A DNA stretch of 39,888 nt. It comes from an uncultured Collinsella sp. (lineage in GTDB: Bacteria; Actinomycetota; Coriobacteriia; Coriobacteriales; Coriobacteriaceae). The translations under genes and the position numbers were made by a program. The notes beneath the pieces are model-generated. The model made no database searches, was not told the origin of the DNA, and saw only the letters and a program-made list of their open reading frames with translations. How positions within the stretch are numbered: position 1 is the stretch's first letter; every line of letters begins with the position of its first letter. The DNA is taken from assembly GCA_900552735.1 (NCBI GenBank), contig USBA01000001.1, forward strand, positions 1-39,888. Direction: 5' to 3'. Shown here one piece after another: positions 26,113 through 38,000 of this stretch.

Positions 26113-27147
26113 ATGAGTGGCATGGACCGACATAACGAGCTCCAGCAGCACAAGACGGCGGCCGAGTACCGTCAAGCTGCCGACGAGCACGTGCGGACCC
26201 TCAAGGATTTCTGGAAGGATTTCCTGGTGAGTGGTCTGTTTGTGCTGGCCGCCATCGTTGCCATCTTTGCATGCCTGGCCTGGTTTGCCGCGAATAACCG
26301 AGTGAGCGCCACGGGGAGTACGATCGGGGCGAAGGCGGATCGGTACACGCTGACCGCCGCGGGCGAGGGTGAGTCCGGTACGCACGTGGGCTATTACGAG
26401 CGCTCCGAGCGCACGCCCGAGGAAAAGCATGCCATCGATGGCTTGGATACGACCGACGCCATGACGGTAACGCTCAGCTCCAACCTGAACAACGAGACCG
26501 CGGGCTCTCTGTACCCGGGTGCTCGCGGCAAGATTACATTTACGGTGAAGCCGCTGGTGAGTGACCTGGACGGGGTCACGATCAATCTGTCGCGCTTGCT
26601 TAAGGTCACGAACATTGTTGGCGTTGTTGGGGACGGGGGAACGCTGGCGCCCGAGGCGGAGGCGCTCCTTGGCTTGATCAAAGGCCACTTACTGTTCTTT
26701 ACGAGCTGCAAGAACGGGTATTACTCGAATCGTGTGACGAACAGCCAAATCACGATTCAAAAGAAAGAATTTTGTAAAGACGGGAATGTGGCCAATCCAA
26801 CGAACCAGCCTGTTCCCGTCACGCTGTACTGGGTATGGCCGGAGTACTTCCAGAACTTTGTCCTTACGGGCAACACGAATTACTACAAGAATCTGTTTGC
26901 CTCAGCGGGAGACGAGAAGTCTGACTACGGTGCTCTGCAAGCGGACATGAACGAGCATAAAGCGAACTACTTCTATGGCGCGGCAAACGGCAAGAGTGCC
27001 GCCGAAGCCCCCACGGTTTCGTCTGACATGTCCTCCAGCGACACCGCCATCTGCTCGGCGCTGTACAACAATGCCGACGAGCAGATCGGCGATAAGGTCG
27101 AATACATCCAACTTAGAATTAGCGCTCAGGAGGGCGTGAGCTCATGA
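26113..27147 (+). CDS. Secreted protein with SipW-type signal peptide (TasA/CalY-like pilin candidate)
   Basis: Hydrophobic segment ending in CLAWFAANN; LYPGARGKITFTV motif; beta-rich; start may be ATG 26113 or 26122. Confidence 0.7.
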   Translation: MSGMDRHNELQQHKTAAEYRQAADEHVRTLKDFWKDFLVSGLFVLAAIVAIFACLAWFAANNRVSATGSTIGAKADRYTLTAAGEGESGTHVGYYERSERTPEEKHAIDGLDTTDAMTVTLSSNLNNETAGSLYPGARGKITFTVKPLVSDLDGVTINLSRLLKVTNIVGVVGDGGTLAPEAEALLGLIKGHLLFFTSCKNGYYSNRVTNSQITIQKKEFCKDGNVANPTNQPVPVTLYWVWPEYFQNFVLTGNTNYYKNLFASAGDEKSDYGALQADMNEHKANYFYGAANGKSAAEAPTVSSDMSSSDTAICSALYNNADEQIGDKVEYIQLRISAQEGVSS

Positions 27148-27950
27148 GTACCATGCAAACACGCCTCGGCGACGCCCGCAATTGGATAGAAAACCACCGT
27201 GCACAGGCCCTTGCGGTCCTGATACTGCTGGCGGCAATCGTTCTTATCATCGGCTTGTCGCTCTCGTGGTTTGTGGGCAGCAAAAGTCTGTCCACGGTGG
27301 GCAAGATCCAAACGCCCGCGCAGCTTAAGATCATGGGTCCCAACCAGACGAGCATCGAGCCCATCGAGATTTCGTATGACGAGTCGCGCGGTGATGTGAA
27401 AAACTCCAACGGTACCGTGACCGTTCGTCGCGCGTTTTGTGTGCAGAGCGACAATGACAACGATCCCGCTGCCGGCGGTCAAGCGTTTGAGCTGCAGATT
27501 GCCAACACAACGAATATCACGGGGCTGACGATCAACGTGTATCACGTGACGGTCAATAATCCGAACGATAAAAACGGCACCGTGGTCGGCCTCGACGGGC
27601 TCAACCGCACCTACTCATGGAGCAAGAAGAGCAGCACCCCGATTGAGTTTGCTTTTATCAACCCCGCGGACGGGACAAGTGTGTTGGCTAAAGAGCTTGA
27701 GGCAAACGACCCGACGTACGGCTCGTACGTGAATGTCCAGAAAAACGCCCGTCCGCTGTATCGGTACCACAAGTTCGCAGGGAGCGGGCTCGATGGCTGG
27801 AATGGCAAAACAGCCAACGCCGCCACGAACTTCATCATCGAATGTACGTGGAATCCAGGCGTTGTGACCGTAAACGGAAAGACAGTCTCCAACGTCAAAG
27901 AGACCGACATGGTTTACCTAATTGCTCGCGGCACGAGCAGTAACCAATAA
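27144..27950 (+). CDS. Secreted protein with SipW-type signal peptide
   Basis: ATGA overlap with the previous gene, AGGAGG ribosome-binding site, hydrophobic segment ending in GLSLSWF. Confidence 0.7.
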   Translation: MSTMQTRLGDARNWIENHRAQALAVLILLAAIVLIIGLSLSWFVGSKSLSTVGKIQTPAQLKIMGPNQTSIEPIEISYDESRGDVKNSNGTVTVRRAFCVQSDNDNDPAAGGQAFELQIANTTNITGLTINVYHVTVNNPNDKNGTVVGLDGLNRTYSWSKKSSTPIEFAFINPADGTSVLAKELEANDPTYGSYVNVQKNARPLYRYHKFAGSGLDGWNGKTANAATNFIIECTWNPGVVTVNGKTVSNVKETDMVYLIARGTSSNQ

Positions 27951-27971
27951 GTAGGGAGGGAGGGGTGCCAG

Positions 27972-28973
27972 ATGCGAAAAGACAAGAAAGAGCAAAATGA
28001 AATCGCGAGGCCTGTTGGCAAGCACTTTGCACAGGTAGATGATTCTAAGACAGAGCCTTGCTGCGCGGAGTCGGCGACCCCTACTTCTAAAGCGCGCAAG
28101 CGCCTATGGGCGGTTGCGGTGCTACTATGCGCCGTCGCGATTGTGGCGGGCACCTACCTTACCTACACGGCCTTTTTGGCGGGCGACTTCCTTAAGTCGG
28201 TCGCTGTCTCGGGCACGTCACAGGCGCTGTTTGCCTCGGACATGCTTACGGGCTACACGAATGAGACGCTGAATGACGAGGGTATTGCCGTCCGAAGCGT
28301 CATCGCCGACACGAGTGGGGAAAAATGCTCTTTTACCTTTCGCATTTACAACCATCTGCTGGGCGACAAGAACAAGGTCAACGACAAGGACGTTAACGCG
28401 ACGCTGAGCGTGACGGCGACGGGTACGACGAAAGCTTGGAGCATAAGCGGTGAGCCTGCGCTGACGGCGAACGGCACGGTCGGCCTTTCCTTCCCTGCCA
28501 ACAGGGCAACCATGTATACCTATAAGGTTACGTTTTCCAAGGCGGACCTCAACAAAGCATCCTTCACCGTTAAGGCCCAGGTCGGCCCCAATAGCCCTGG
28601 CACCAACCTAAAATGGCTCGCCGCCAAGATTGCGCCTTCCGAGCGTGCAGAGGTGACGGCTTCGGGCGTTTCGGGCGAGTGGGTCGACGAGAACTCGGAT
28701 ACCGGCGCTTTTGACGCCTACAACTATCGTGTGACGGTTACGGGCGTTACGACTAAGGTAAAGCTTACGTGGGGAAGCGGGGTCGAGCTCGATCCGTTCT
28801 TTAAGCAGAACCACGAGAACGTTGACGTGCAGAAAACCGTCAACGGCGGCTCGGTCGAATATGATGCATCTCCCGGCTCGGAAATTATTACCTTTTACCG
28901 AGCGGGCACCGGTAAGCCGACCGGCTGGGATGCCGACGACATCAAAGTTACGTGTTCGGCCGCACAGAACTAG
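27972..28973 (+). CDS. Secreted protein with SipW-type-like signal peptide
   Basis: GGAGG ribosome-binding site; GKHF N-region; hydrophobic segment ending in GTYLTYTAF; Thr/Val-rich beta composition. Confidence 0.68.
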   Translation: MRKDKKEQNEIARPVGKHFAQVDDSKTEPCCAESATPTSKARKRLWAVAVLLCAVAIVAGTYLTYTAFLAGDFLKSVAVSGTSQALFASDMLTGYTNETLNDEGIAVRSVIADTSGEKCSFTFRIYNHLLGDKNKVNDKDVNATLSVTATGTTKAWSISGEPALTANGTVGLSFPANRATMYTYKVTFSKADLNKASFTVKAQVGPNSPGTNLKWLAAKIAPSERAEVTASGVSGEWVDENSDTGAFDAYNYRVTVTGVTTKVKLTWGSGVELDPFFKQNHENVDVQKTVNGGSVEYDASPGSEIITFYRAGTGKPTGWDADDIKVTCSAAQN

Positions 28974-29042
28974 CCGAAGCGATCCGCAAGCATAGATTTT
29001 GAGACCCCACGCGGGGCATGAGATAGAACGAGGTAGGATCAG

Positions 29043-32000
29043 ATGAGAACGGCAAAGCGCATAACAACCGCATGCCTGACTGCGATCATGATTTTCCAGG
29101 CGCTCGCGCCTTCCACAGAGGTGTTCGCGCAAGAGCTCGACGCCGTTATGGAGGCGTCCGTCTCCGCCGCGCGCGCCGCGGGCAATACTGCCCGCTCCGT
29201 ACAGGATGCCGTGGCCACCTCGCTGCAAGATGCTGACCAGGCTGCATCTGATGATGCCGCGACGACTCCGGGCGCCGATGCGGGCGCCACCGAGGGCGGC
29301 GACGGTTCTACCAACGCTGGCGAATCGCAGGACTCCACGACCGATGGAACCACTAACGGCGATACCCCAACGGAGGGCGACGCATCCCAAGACGATGCGG
29401 CTGCCGATGAGGGCGCCGCCGACGAAGATCAGGCGGATGACGCGGACACAGATGCGGCTGCGCAGGCTAGCACCGACCCCGCCATCAAGACCGCTGGTGA
29501 GCTTGATGGCGCGCTGGTCGACGGCAAGGTCACCGTGAACGACGCTGGCGAGGTCACGGCCATCACCTTCGGATCCAACGCCGACCTTATCGCCATCTCC
29601 AACACCGACCCCGCCATCTACCAGAACGCGAGCATCTCCAAGACCGGCTTGAGCGGCGTCGACTTCGACGTGTGCGGCGCGCAGGCCGTGGGCGACCTGG
29701 GCAATCTCGCGTTCCAGGGGTTCGGCAGCGATGCCCACCCCTTCAAGGGTACGCTCGACCTGGGCGGCAGGTCCCTTACCGCCAACAAGACGCTCTTCAA
29801 CAACATCGAGCTCAACGATAACAACGGCACCGTAAAGCTCACCTGGAAGGGCACCGATGCTCAGCCCATCGTGGCCGCAAAGGTCACGGGCGCGGGCAAG
29901 ACGCTCAGCGCTGCCATTACCGTAGACAAGCCCGAGAGCGGCGATACGAGCGTCGTCAAGCTCACTTCGCCGCTCGTGGGTGAGGTTACGGGCGAGCTCA
30001 CGCTTGACGCCACGTATTCGACAAGCGCGAATAGCCCCCTGGCGATTGGCATGCAATCGTCCACGGGCAATCTGGGCCTACTCGCGAACACCCTTACTGC
30101 AGGCGCATCTCTTACGATCGCGGGGCTGAATGGCCTGCCGAAGAGCTTCAACGGCACCCCCACCATCGATGCTACGGGCGCTGGTGCCAATGCCGGCGGC
30201 CTTATTGGCGAGGCAGGCGAGGGGGCTGCCGTCACCCTTGCTTCGAATGTCGATGTTTCGGCACTGAGCGTCGCGGGTAATAATGCGGCGGGCGGCCTTA
30301 TCGGTAAGGCGACCAGGCTTACGCTTGCCGTAGATACGGACAACAGCGGAAAAGATGCCTCGGGCAAGGATATCAGTATCAAGCCAGCGCACTCGGTTGG
30401 GTCGTCATCAGCCGGTACGTATGCCGGCGGCCTTATCGGTGACGCCTCGTTTGCCAGCGATTTCACTATCGAGAATGGCACCTTCGATTTTGGCGAGGGC
30501 GTGGCGCTCAGTGTGGCCAACACGACCGCCGCCCCCTCTGTCGGTGGCCTGTTCGGCGTGCTCGACATCTCGAACGGCGATGTGACCGTAAACGGCGGAT
30601 TGTATAAAAGCACGCTGCAAAACGGCGCGGACAACAGCAACAACAACGGCGTGCGCGGGAACTACGGCGGCTTGGTGGGCAAGCTGTGGGGCCAGAAATA
30701 CGGCGACGCACTGCACGCGTTCACGGTGAAGGGTGGCGCTGAGGTGTCGTTTGGCGTGGGCTCTAACGGCAAGCTCGCGTATGCGGGCGGCCTGGTAGGC
30801 TACCTTGGTGAAGGCGGCGGGAGCGACAATGTGTCCGCCGTGGTCATCAGTGGCGCAGCGGTGACGTGTGCAACCTCGGGCTACGCCAGCAACAACGGCA
30901 AATACGGCGGCGCCGTGGGCGTCGTGGACACCAAAAACGTGCTGGAAGTGCGCGGCCTAACGGTCAAAACCGCCAGCGGCGCTACCATCGGCGGCACAAA
31001 CGGCGGCTTTGCCGGAGTCGTTGGGTCGTCGTGGCTCGGCATCGTCAAGTTCAGCGGTATCACCGACCTGTCGGATGCCGCCTTCGTGGAAAATGATCAC
31101 ACCGCGCAGCTGATTTATGAGAACTTCAATTCACTGTTTTTTGCTGCCGGTAGCGGAAGCGACAGAGGTGCCACCGTAGGCGGTACCGCGGAATGGCAAT
31201 ACAAGCGTCCCTCTAAGCCGGTCAAGATCGATGACATCTACAGCTACGGCCAGGTTATTCGCCTGGGTGATAGTTTTATTACGCTGAACCCGACGACACA
31301 CGAGCTGACTCTACCGGCACCGTTGGAACTGACTAACGGCGTCTATGCTCTAGCCTCGCTTGAGGATTTCGCCAAGCTTGCGATTACCTGGCAAACCAAC
31401 GGCTACTACTCAATGGTCGAAGGCGTTACCGAAAACAATCTGAATGGTTTAAAGTCCTCGACCATTACGGTGAACGGCACAATTGACCTCAAGGGTACAG
31501 GCCTGACGGGCTTCACTCAGGACCGCGCAAACGACTCGCAAGTTTTCTCGGGTACGTTGAACGGCGGCGGCACGATCAAGCTTGCTGTCGGTGAGCCTTA
31601 CGGCATGCGCGGGAACGCCCCTCTGGGCGTCGACGACATCAGTGCCGGCAACGGAAAAATCTACCGTCACGGCCGCCTGGGCTTGTTCGCAGCAATCAAC
31701 GGCGCAGCCGCCAACAGCGAGACTGTCTCCAACGTCACCATCGCTGGCTCCATGAGGTTCGATAACGGCTCGGCAATCGAGGCTGGATCGCTTGCGGGCG
31801 CCATTGCGGGTGGTCTGACGCTGTCTGGCGCAACGTGCGAAACGAATATCGCATGCGATGATACGTTCACCAACGATGTGAACATTGGTGGTATTGCAGG
31901 CAGCGTGTCGGCAGCTTCTACGGTTACGTTTAGGGACAGTAGCAAGGCTCAAGCGAGCATCACTGCAACTAAAACGCTTAATGGCAACAGCCGTATTGGC

Positions 32001-35000
32001 GGCGCCATCGGCTATGTGGGCAATTATGTCTCGACATTCAACGTTACGGGCCTTGAGGTCAGCGGAAAAATCGAGACCGGCAATTGCACCAGCGGCAAGA
32101 TTGCCCAGGTCGGCGGTCTTATCGGCTGCATCGCACAGAGCACCTATGGGGCTGATGGGGCAATAGCCAACTCGGCCAAAAAGGACGTTAACATTACGGG
32201 CCTTTCGTTCAACTCGTTCAAGATGGGAGTCGGAAAGAACGGCGATAAGCTCAATGGCGTGGGCGGTCTCTTGGGTTATAGCTGGGGCAACGCGGTCGTA
32301 ACTATCGGAGATGACAACATTAACAAGAGTGAAAACTCCTATGCTTTGAAAACGACCAACGCTTCTATAATCGCGACTGTGGATGATTCCAAGGAGCTTG
32401 GCGGCCTTGTATACGCAGCCAGCGGTCACTGGATTATCAACAACTACGCCATCGATCTCTCGGGCACAAAGATTAATGCAGGCGCCGCTCAGACGCTCGG
32501 CGTTCTAGTTTGCCGCGGCTGCAAGGTGGATGATAAGACGACATATGGCGTCGAGAGCTACCTAGGCCTGTACTTGGAGGACAGGGCTTATTGGGATACC
32601 GCCTATAGGGTGCCCACCGGCGAGGGGGCCATCGTTGCGTCGGGCGTAACGTCCTTCGATGAATGGGTTGGCAGCGGTGTAAAACCAAACAACGGCAGCA
32701 AGCTCATGGACGCCGACTGGAACACGGTCGTTTCGCTACACACACAGAAAAACAAGCTGGACATGGACGGCGATTCCACAAAAGACAACAGCTACCATAA
32801 TCGCTCGTCTTTCGGTCGAAGCCAGAATACGAACGGCAATACCCGCTACTTCTACAACCTCGACATAGCCTCTAAGAATTGTGGAGGCGGCTTTAGTGGC
32901 AGTCAAATCGATACAGCGGACAAGCTGCTCTTATGGTCTGCTTTCTGCTATGCTCCCGCCGGTATTCGTTCGACAATCGTTCCCGATGGTACGACAGGGC
33001 TCGATGATTCCATAACCATAACGGGCACAATCGATTTGGCCGGCTACAGCTACTATCCCACTCAACCGATCGGAGAGGTGACGGTTAATAATGCGGCCAT
33101 CACCTTCTACTACTCCAAGATCAAGGCCGAGCAGAATGGCAACAAGCTAAACTCCGATGCCACCCAGCACGAGAACATGCACTGCGGTCTTTTTCAAACG
33201 GTGGCAGACGGCGATCTCACAGTAAGCAACGTCACTTTGGGTGGTACCGTTGGGCCCGTTATCAATGACGGAAAGAGCTCTACTGACGCTATTGGCGCGG
33301 GCGGAAGCTCATCGGGCGCGCTCGTGTGCCGCTACGTGTATGGGTCCAGCGACGGCAATGGCACCAAGATTAGAAAGATCTCAATTGATGATCTTACACT
33401 CAACAATCTGATTGTCGACGGCGCCAACAGCGCCACGGACGCTAACGCCTATATGCCTCTGCTCATCAACGAGATGCAGAAGTACGTGAGCCTGAACGCG
33501 AAGAATATCAAGACTACTGGGTACACGAGTGGCACCAAGGCGGCTACGTCGCTGTTCGGAAAGCTTGGTGTAGGCAGTGAGGCCGATCAGGTGACGGCGA
33601 AGTTTGAGCAAATCAGCTTGCCCAGCCAAGAGAACAATACGATCTTCACCCATGCGAGCCTGCTGGAGAGTTTTGGCTACGGAAGCACGAGCACGGGCTC
33701 TGCGGACTACACCTTTACTAAGGCCGATGGCGATGCGGGCAAGGTGACCTACGGATCCGAGATTGATGGGAGTACGGAGTACCCGGGCAAGCAGCTTTGG
33801 TATTACGACGAAGCGACGTATGGTGCCGTGAGCGGCTATGTGACGGTTGATGGTAAGAAGGACGGTGACGTCAGGCCTTGGTTCGGTGACTACCTTCCTT
33901 ATGTTTACAAGGGAAAAGCCGCCGAGGATGGCGTCCAGTATCACGAAATTAAAGTCAACCAGCGCATTCCAAAGCTGGTAATGGGATGTGGTACCTACGG
34001 CGATCCTTATTCCGTCACAAACGCGGCGGAGATGAATGCCATTGCCAACTACATTAATAACATGACGGCGCTTGACGGCTGGGAGGTCACCATTGTCGCC
34101 GACCAGGGTAGGCTCTGCACTCGCCGCAGCAGCGATCACTCGACCGACAATGAGGTTACGTACGTCTACAAGCAGGCGAACGGTACCGATAATAAATGGG
34201 AGAAGAAGACCGGAGACGCGTCGACCAATTCCCCGCAGACGCTGAGCGACGAAACCATGCACCGCTATATGCAGAGCGCGTATTACAGCATCGAGCCTAC
34301 TGAGGGCAATACGATTACTCTCGACGGCGCATCGTTTGGCGGTTTTGGAAATAGGGCCAACCCGTTTAGGGGCGTCATCGTTGGCAACTTTGGCAGTGAT
34401 AATAAAAACGCAACCATCAAGATAGAGAATAACGAGGGTTCGCTTCGCGGCCTTATTCCCTATAGTTACGGCAGCGTGGTGCGCGATCTGAATATTCGCT
34501 ATGTGAACGCGTCGGCGACTATTACTTATTCTGCCAAGGATGCCGACGGCGTTCCGACGGCGTTTTTCGGTGGCGTTGTCGGCTGCATCCTTGGTGGCGA
34601 TAACATTATCGATGGCGTGGTCGTTAATGGGACGACGGCCGAAAACCCTACAACGGGATTTACCGTCACGGGCGGTGGCGACAAGCCGCATCTTGTTCCC
34701 ATTGGTGGCTACGTCGGTGCCATTGCGGGTGGCGGCGTGATTTTCCGCAATATGGACAAAAGCGGAAAATCTTCCTGGCGTGCTGGAACTGGTGACAAAT
34801 CTCGTGGTCTGGGAAAGGGCAACTTTGATCTCTACAACAATCCCTACGTCGGTCGCGTGATTGATGGCTATGCCTTTAGCGAGGGCTGTAAGGTTGAAAA
34901 CGGTAACGCTAACTACCAGATTAACGAGCTCACAAAAAAAGGAACCCCCTGTGTCACCACCACGGGCACCGACAACAAGTACCTCGGCACTAACGCCGAG

Positions 35001-38000
35001 GCTCCTGTGACCATGGTGAAAAACGCCCAGGGCCTTTTGGTGCTCTCGGCCATCATCAGCTCGGGTGCGGGTGCTGGCGCGGCACATACCAACTACTCCA
35101 ATAATGGCGTGTTCCGCGGTTCCAAGGCTTACTGGGGCAGCGATTCGCAAGACCCGGCGATATGCGGCTACCTGTTTGGCAACAAGGAATATGGCAAGGT
35201 ACGGAATGCTAACTACGCAAATGTGGGCAAGCCTGAGAGTGCTGCCGGCGATTTCGAAATCGCCAAAAACGACGACCAGAAGGCCCCCGGCAAGCAGGGG
35301 TGGCACGGCCCGCGCGACCATGATGACGATGTAAATTCGCCCTACCTGGTGGCGTCCTACGCTGCCGACTACCAAACGGGCTATGTGTGCGCGTCGAAAT
35401 CGATCGGCATGAGCTTGGAGTTCAAGCAGGGCGACACCTACGATATGACCGACTACGGCACGGGGTACGTGGGCCTAAACGGCCGCTACTATTCCAATGC
35501 CTGCAATTCGAACCAGCCGGGCACCGACCGCGACCGTATTACGCCGCACGTAGCCACAATCGACGGTAACGGCGCCACCATCACGGTGGGTACCGAAGGC
35601 ACCGCCTACGGCGTCGTCGAATACGCCGACGACGACTATAAGGTCTCGGGCGTGGGTGGTCTATTCAGCACCGTGATGTTCACCTCCACCAATGTGGGGC
35701 AGAGCGTCACCGCGAACGACGGCGCGCAGGTCAAAGACCTCACCTTTAGCAACTGCAACGTAGCGCTCACCTATATCGACACCAACGGCGAAGCCAAACC
35801 AGGAGAGGCGCCGAACGACCTTACCGGTGCCGGCCTTTTGGCGGGTGCAACGGCCAACTACGACGACGGCACGTGCGGCATCTACCGCAACGTGCAGATG
35901 AAGAACTGCACCGTGTCGGGCGCAAAGAGCGTAGGAGGGCTTCTTGGCAGCTCGGGCCGCGCCAGACGAACTACGAGCGAAGACAGAACCTATATGGTCG
36001 AGTTCGGGGACGGGTGGGGCCCCGCGTATCTCTATGACTGCTCATACACTGGCCTTAACGTCACGGGCGAGAAGAATGTCGGTGGCTATGTGGGTACGGT
36101 CGCCTCGGCGTGCGGTGTGTGGACAACCGCAGGCACAGGGGTGAGCGAAAGGACCGTTGGCAAAAACTCGACCATAACTGCCACAGGGACAGTGCCCTAC
36201 GTGGGCGGCGTGCTCGGCTATGTCGAAAGAAGCGATATCTCGGTCAACACCAACATCGGCACCACCACAGCGGCCCAGTCGTCGTGCACGGCAGTCATCT
36301 CTGGGGTAAACGTGCTAGCCACCGGGTCGAACTCCGATGACCATATGGGCGCCGGCGGCGTGGTCGGACGCGCCCGTGGCGGCGTTATTTCTATGAGCAA
36401 CGTGCGCATTGATGGCGGAAACGGCACCGAGAACGCCGTCATCGGCGATAAGGCCGGAACGAACAATAGCATCTACAATGCGGGCGGCCTGATTGGTGAG
36501 GTTACGAGTAGCGGTAGCCCCAACAAGTACTGGTTCGACGACTGCAGTGTCAAGAATGTCAGCATCGCCGGCACCGGCAAATGCTCGGGCGGGCTTATCG
36601 GCTACTTCTTCAGCAATGTGAATATAGCCTGCAACAACATCGCGATCGAGAACGCTACGATTAAGGGTAACTGGAGCGGCGGCCTGCTGGGCGCGAATAA
36701 CGCGAGTAACAGCGGATCCGTCGTCATCGACGTTACCAACACAAAGGTATCCAACACCACGTTTAGCGAAAGGTCCAGCGGCGGCATTATGGGCGACGGG
36801 CGCGGCCAGTTCCATCTGTTAAACGTGCTCATGGACAGCAATAGCTACAATGCGGGCAAAACCCAGGGCGTACTCTTGGGCGAGGTTGACACGGGGGATG
36901 GTAAGTACAGCCTTTCCGCAGCGGGCGTGGAAGTAAAGCCCGGTAGTGGCAAGACCACGAGCGACCTGCCGCCGATGGTTTACACGACCAATACGAATAC
37001 GGCTGCTGTTAACGAGAAAACTTATATTGCCTTCGGCGACTACAACGGCACGGCTGCCGCGCCCAACGAGAACAAAACGCTTTACGGCGCAGGCGATACT
37101 GCTACCACGGCAACGAGTCCGTACGTGACCACGAGGCCCGTGAGCACGCTGGCGGTGCGTGCCTCCGACGGCGACACCACCGACCGCTACCTGTTTGGCG
37201 ACGGCGCCGCCATTGACACCGCGACGACCATCCAAAGCCAAGCGGGTGCCCGCGTTCCCGGCCGCTACACCTACACCAACATCGCCGGCATCAATGATGC
37301 CGGCGCATACCAAAACACGAGCACCTATAGCGCGGACAGCTCGCGTAGCACCTATAACGCTAACAACATTACTTCGGACAAGAAGGCCAAAACTGACTTC
37401 CCCGTGCTCGTGATTCCGGGCAACGATACCACGACGGTGGAGAGCTACCTGAACATCGTGACCAATGGCGGCTTCTCCGATGCCCGCCGCCTCAACGGCA
37501 GCACCGCGCATGTGACCGCCACCGCCGAGGTCTTCTCGCTCGCCGATAACGGCACCTTCGTCAAGGACGTAGCCGCCTCGCAAGCGCCCACGCTCAAGGT
37601 GCTCAACAATGGCACGAGCTCTATGGCATTCCGCGCGAGCACCGACTGGGACAATGAGCAGGGGCGCTTCACGCTGCTTACGGTCACCTTTAGCGAGGCC
37701 GGCCAGAGCTACCGTGTACAGGTACCCATCATCGTCAAGCGCATGCTCGAGATCGACTTTACCGCCACCTACTCCGAAGGTGCGAACTTCAAGGCTGCCG
37801 ACTATGCGACAAAATACGACAAGCACGTACTTGTGAGCAGCGGCGACACCATGACCGGCTACCTTACCTGGACCTATGGCAGCGCTCGGGGCAAGCCGGT
37901 CGATTACGGCTGGAACACGCTGCTCGAAGCCGGCGGCTCTATGGGTCCGCTCAACAAGAGCATTACCTTCGGTGCCACGCTGCCCGAGGGTACACAGCTC

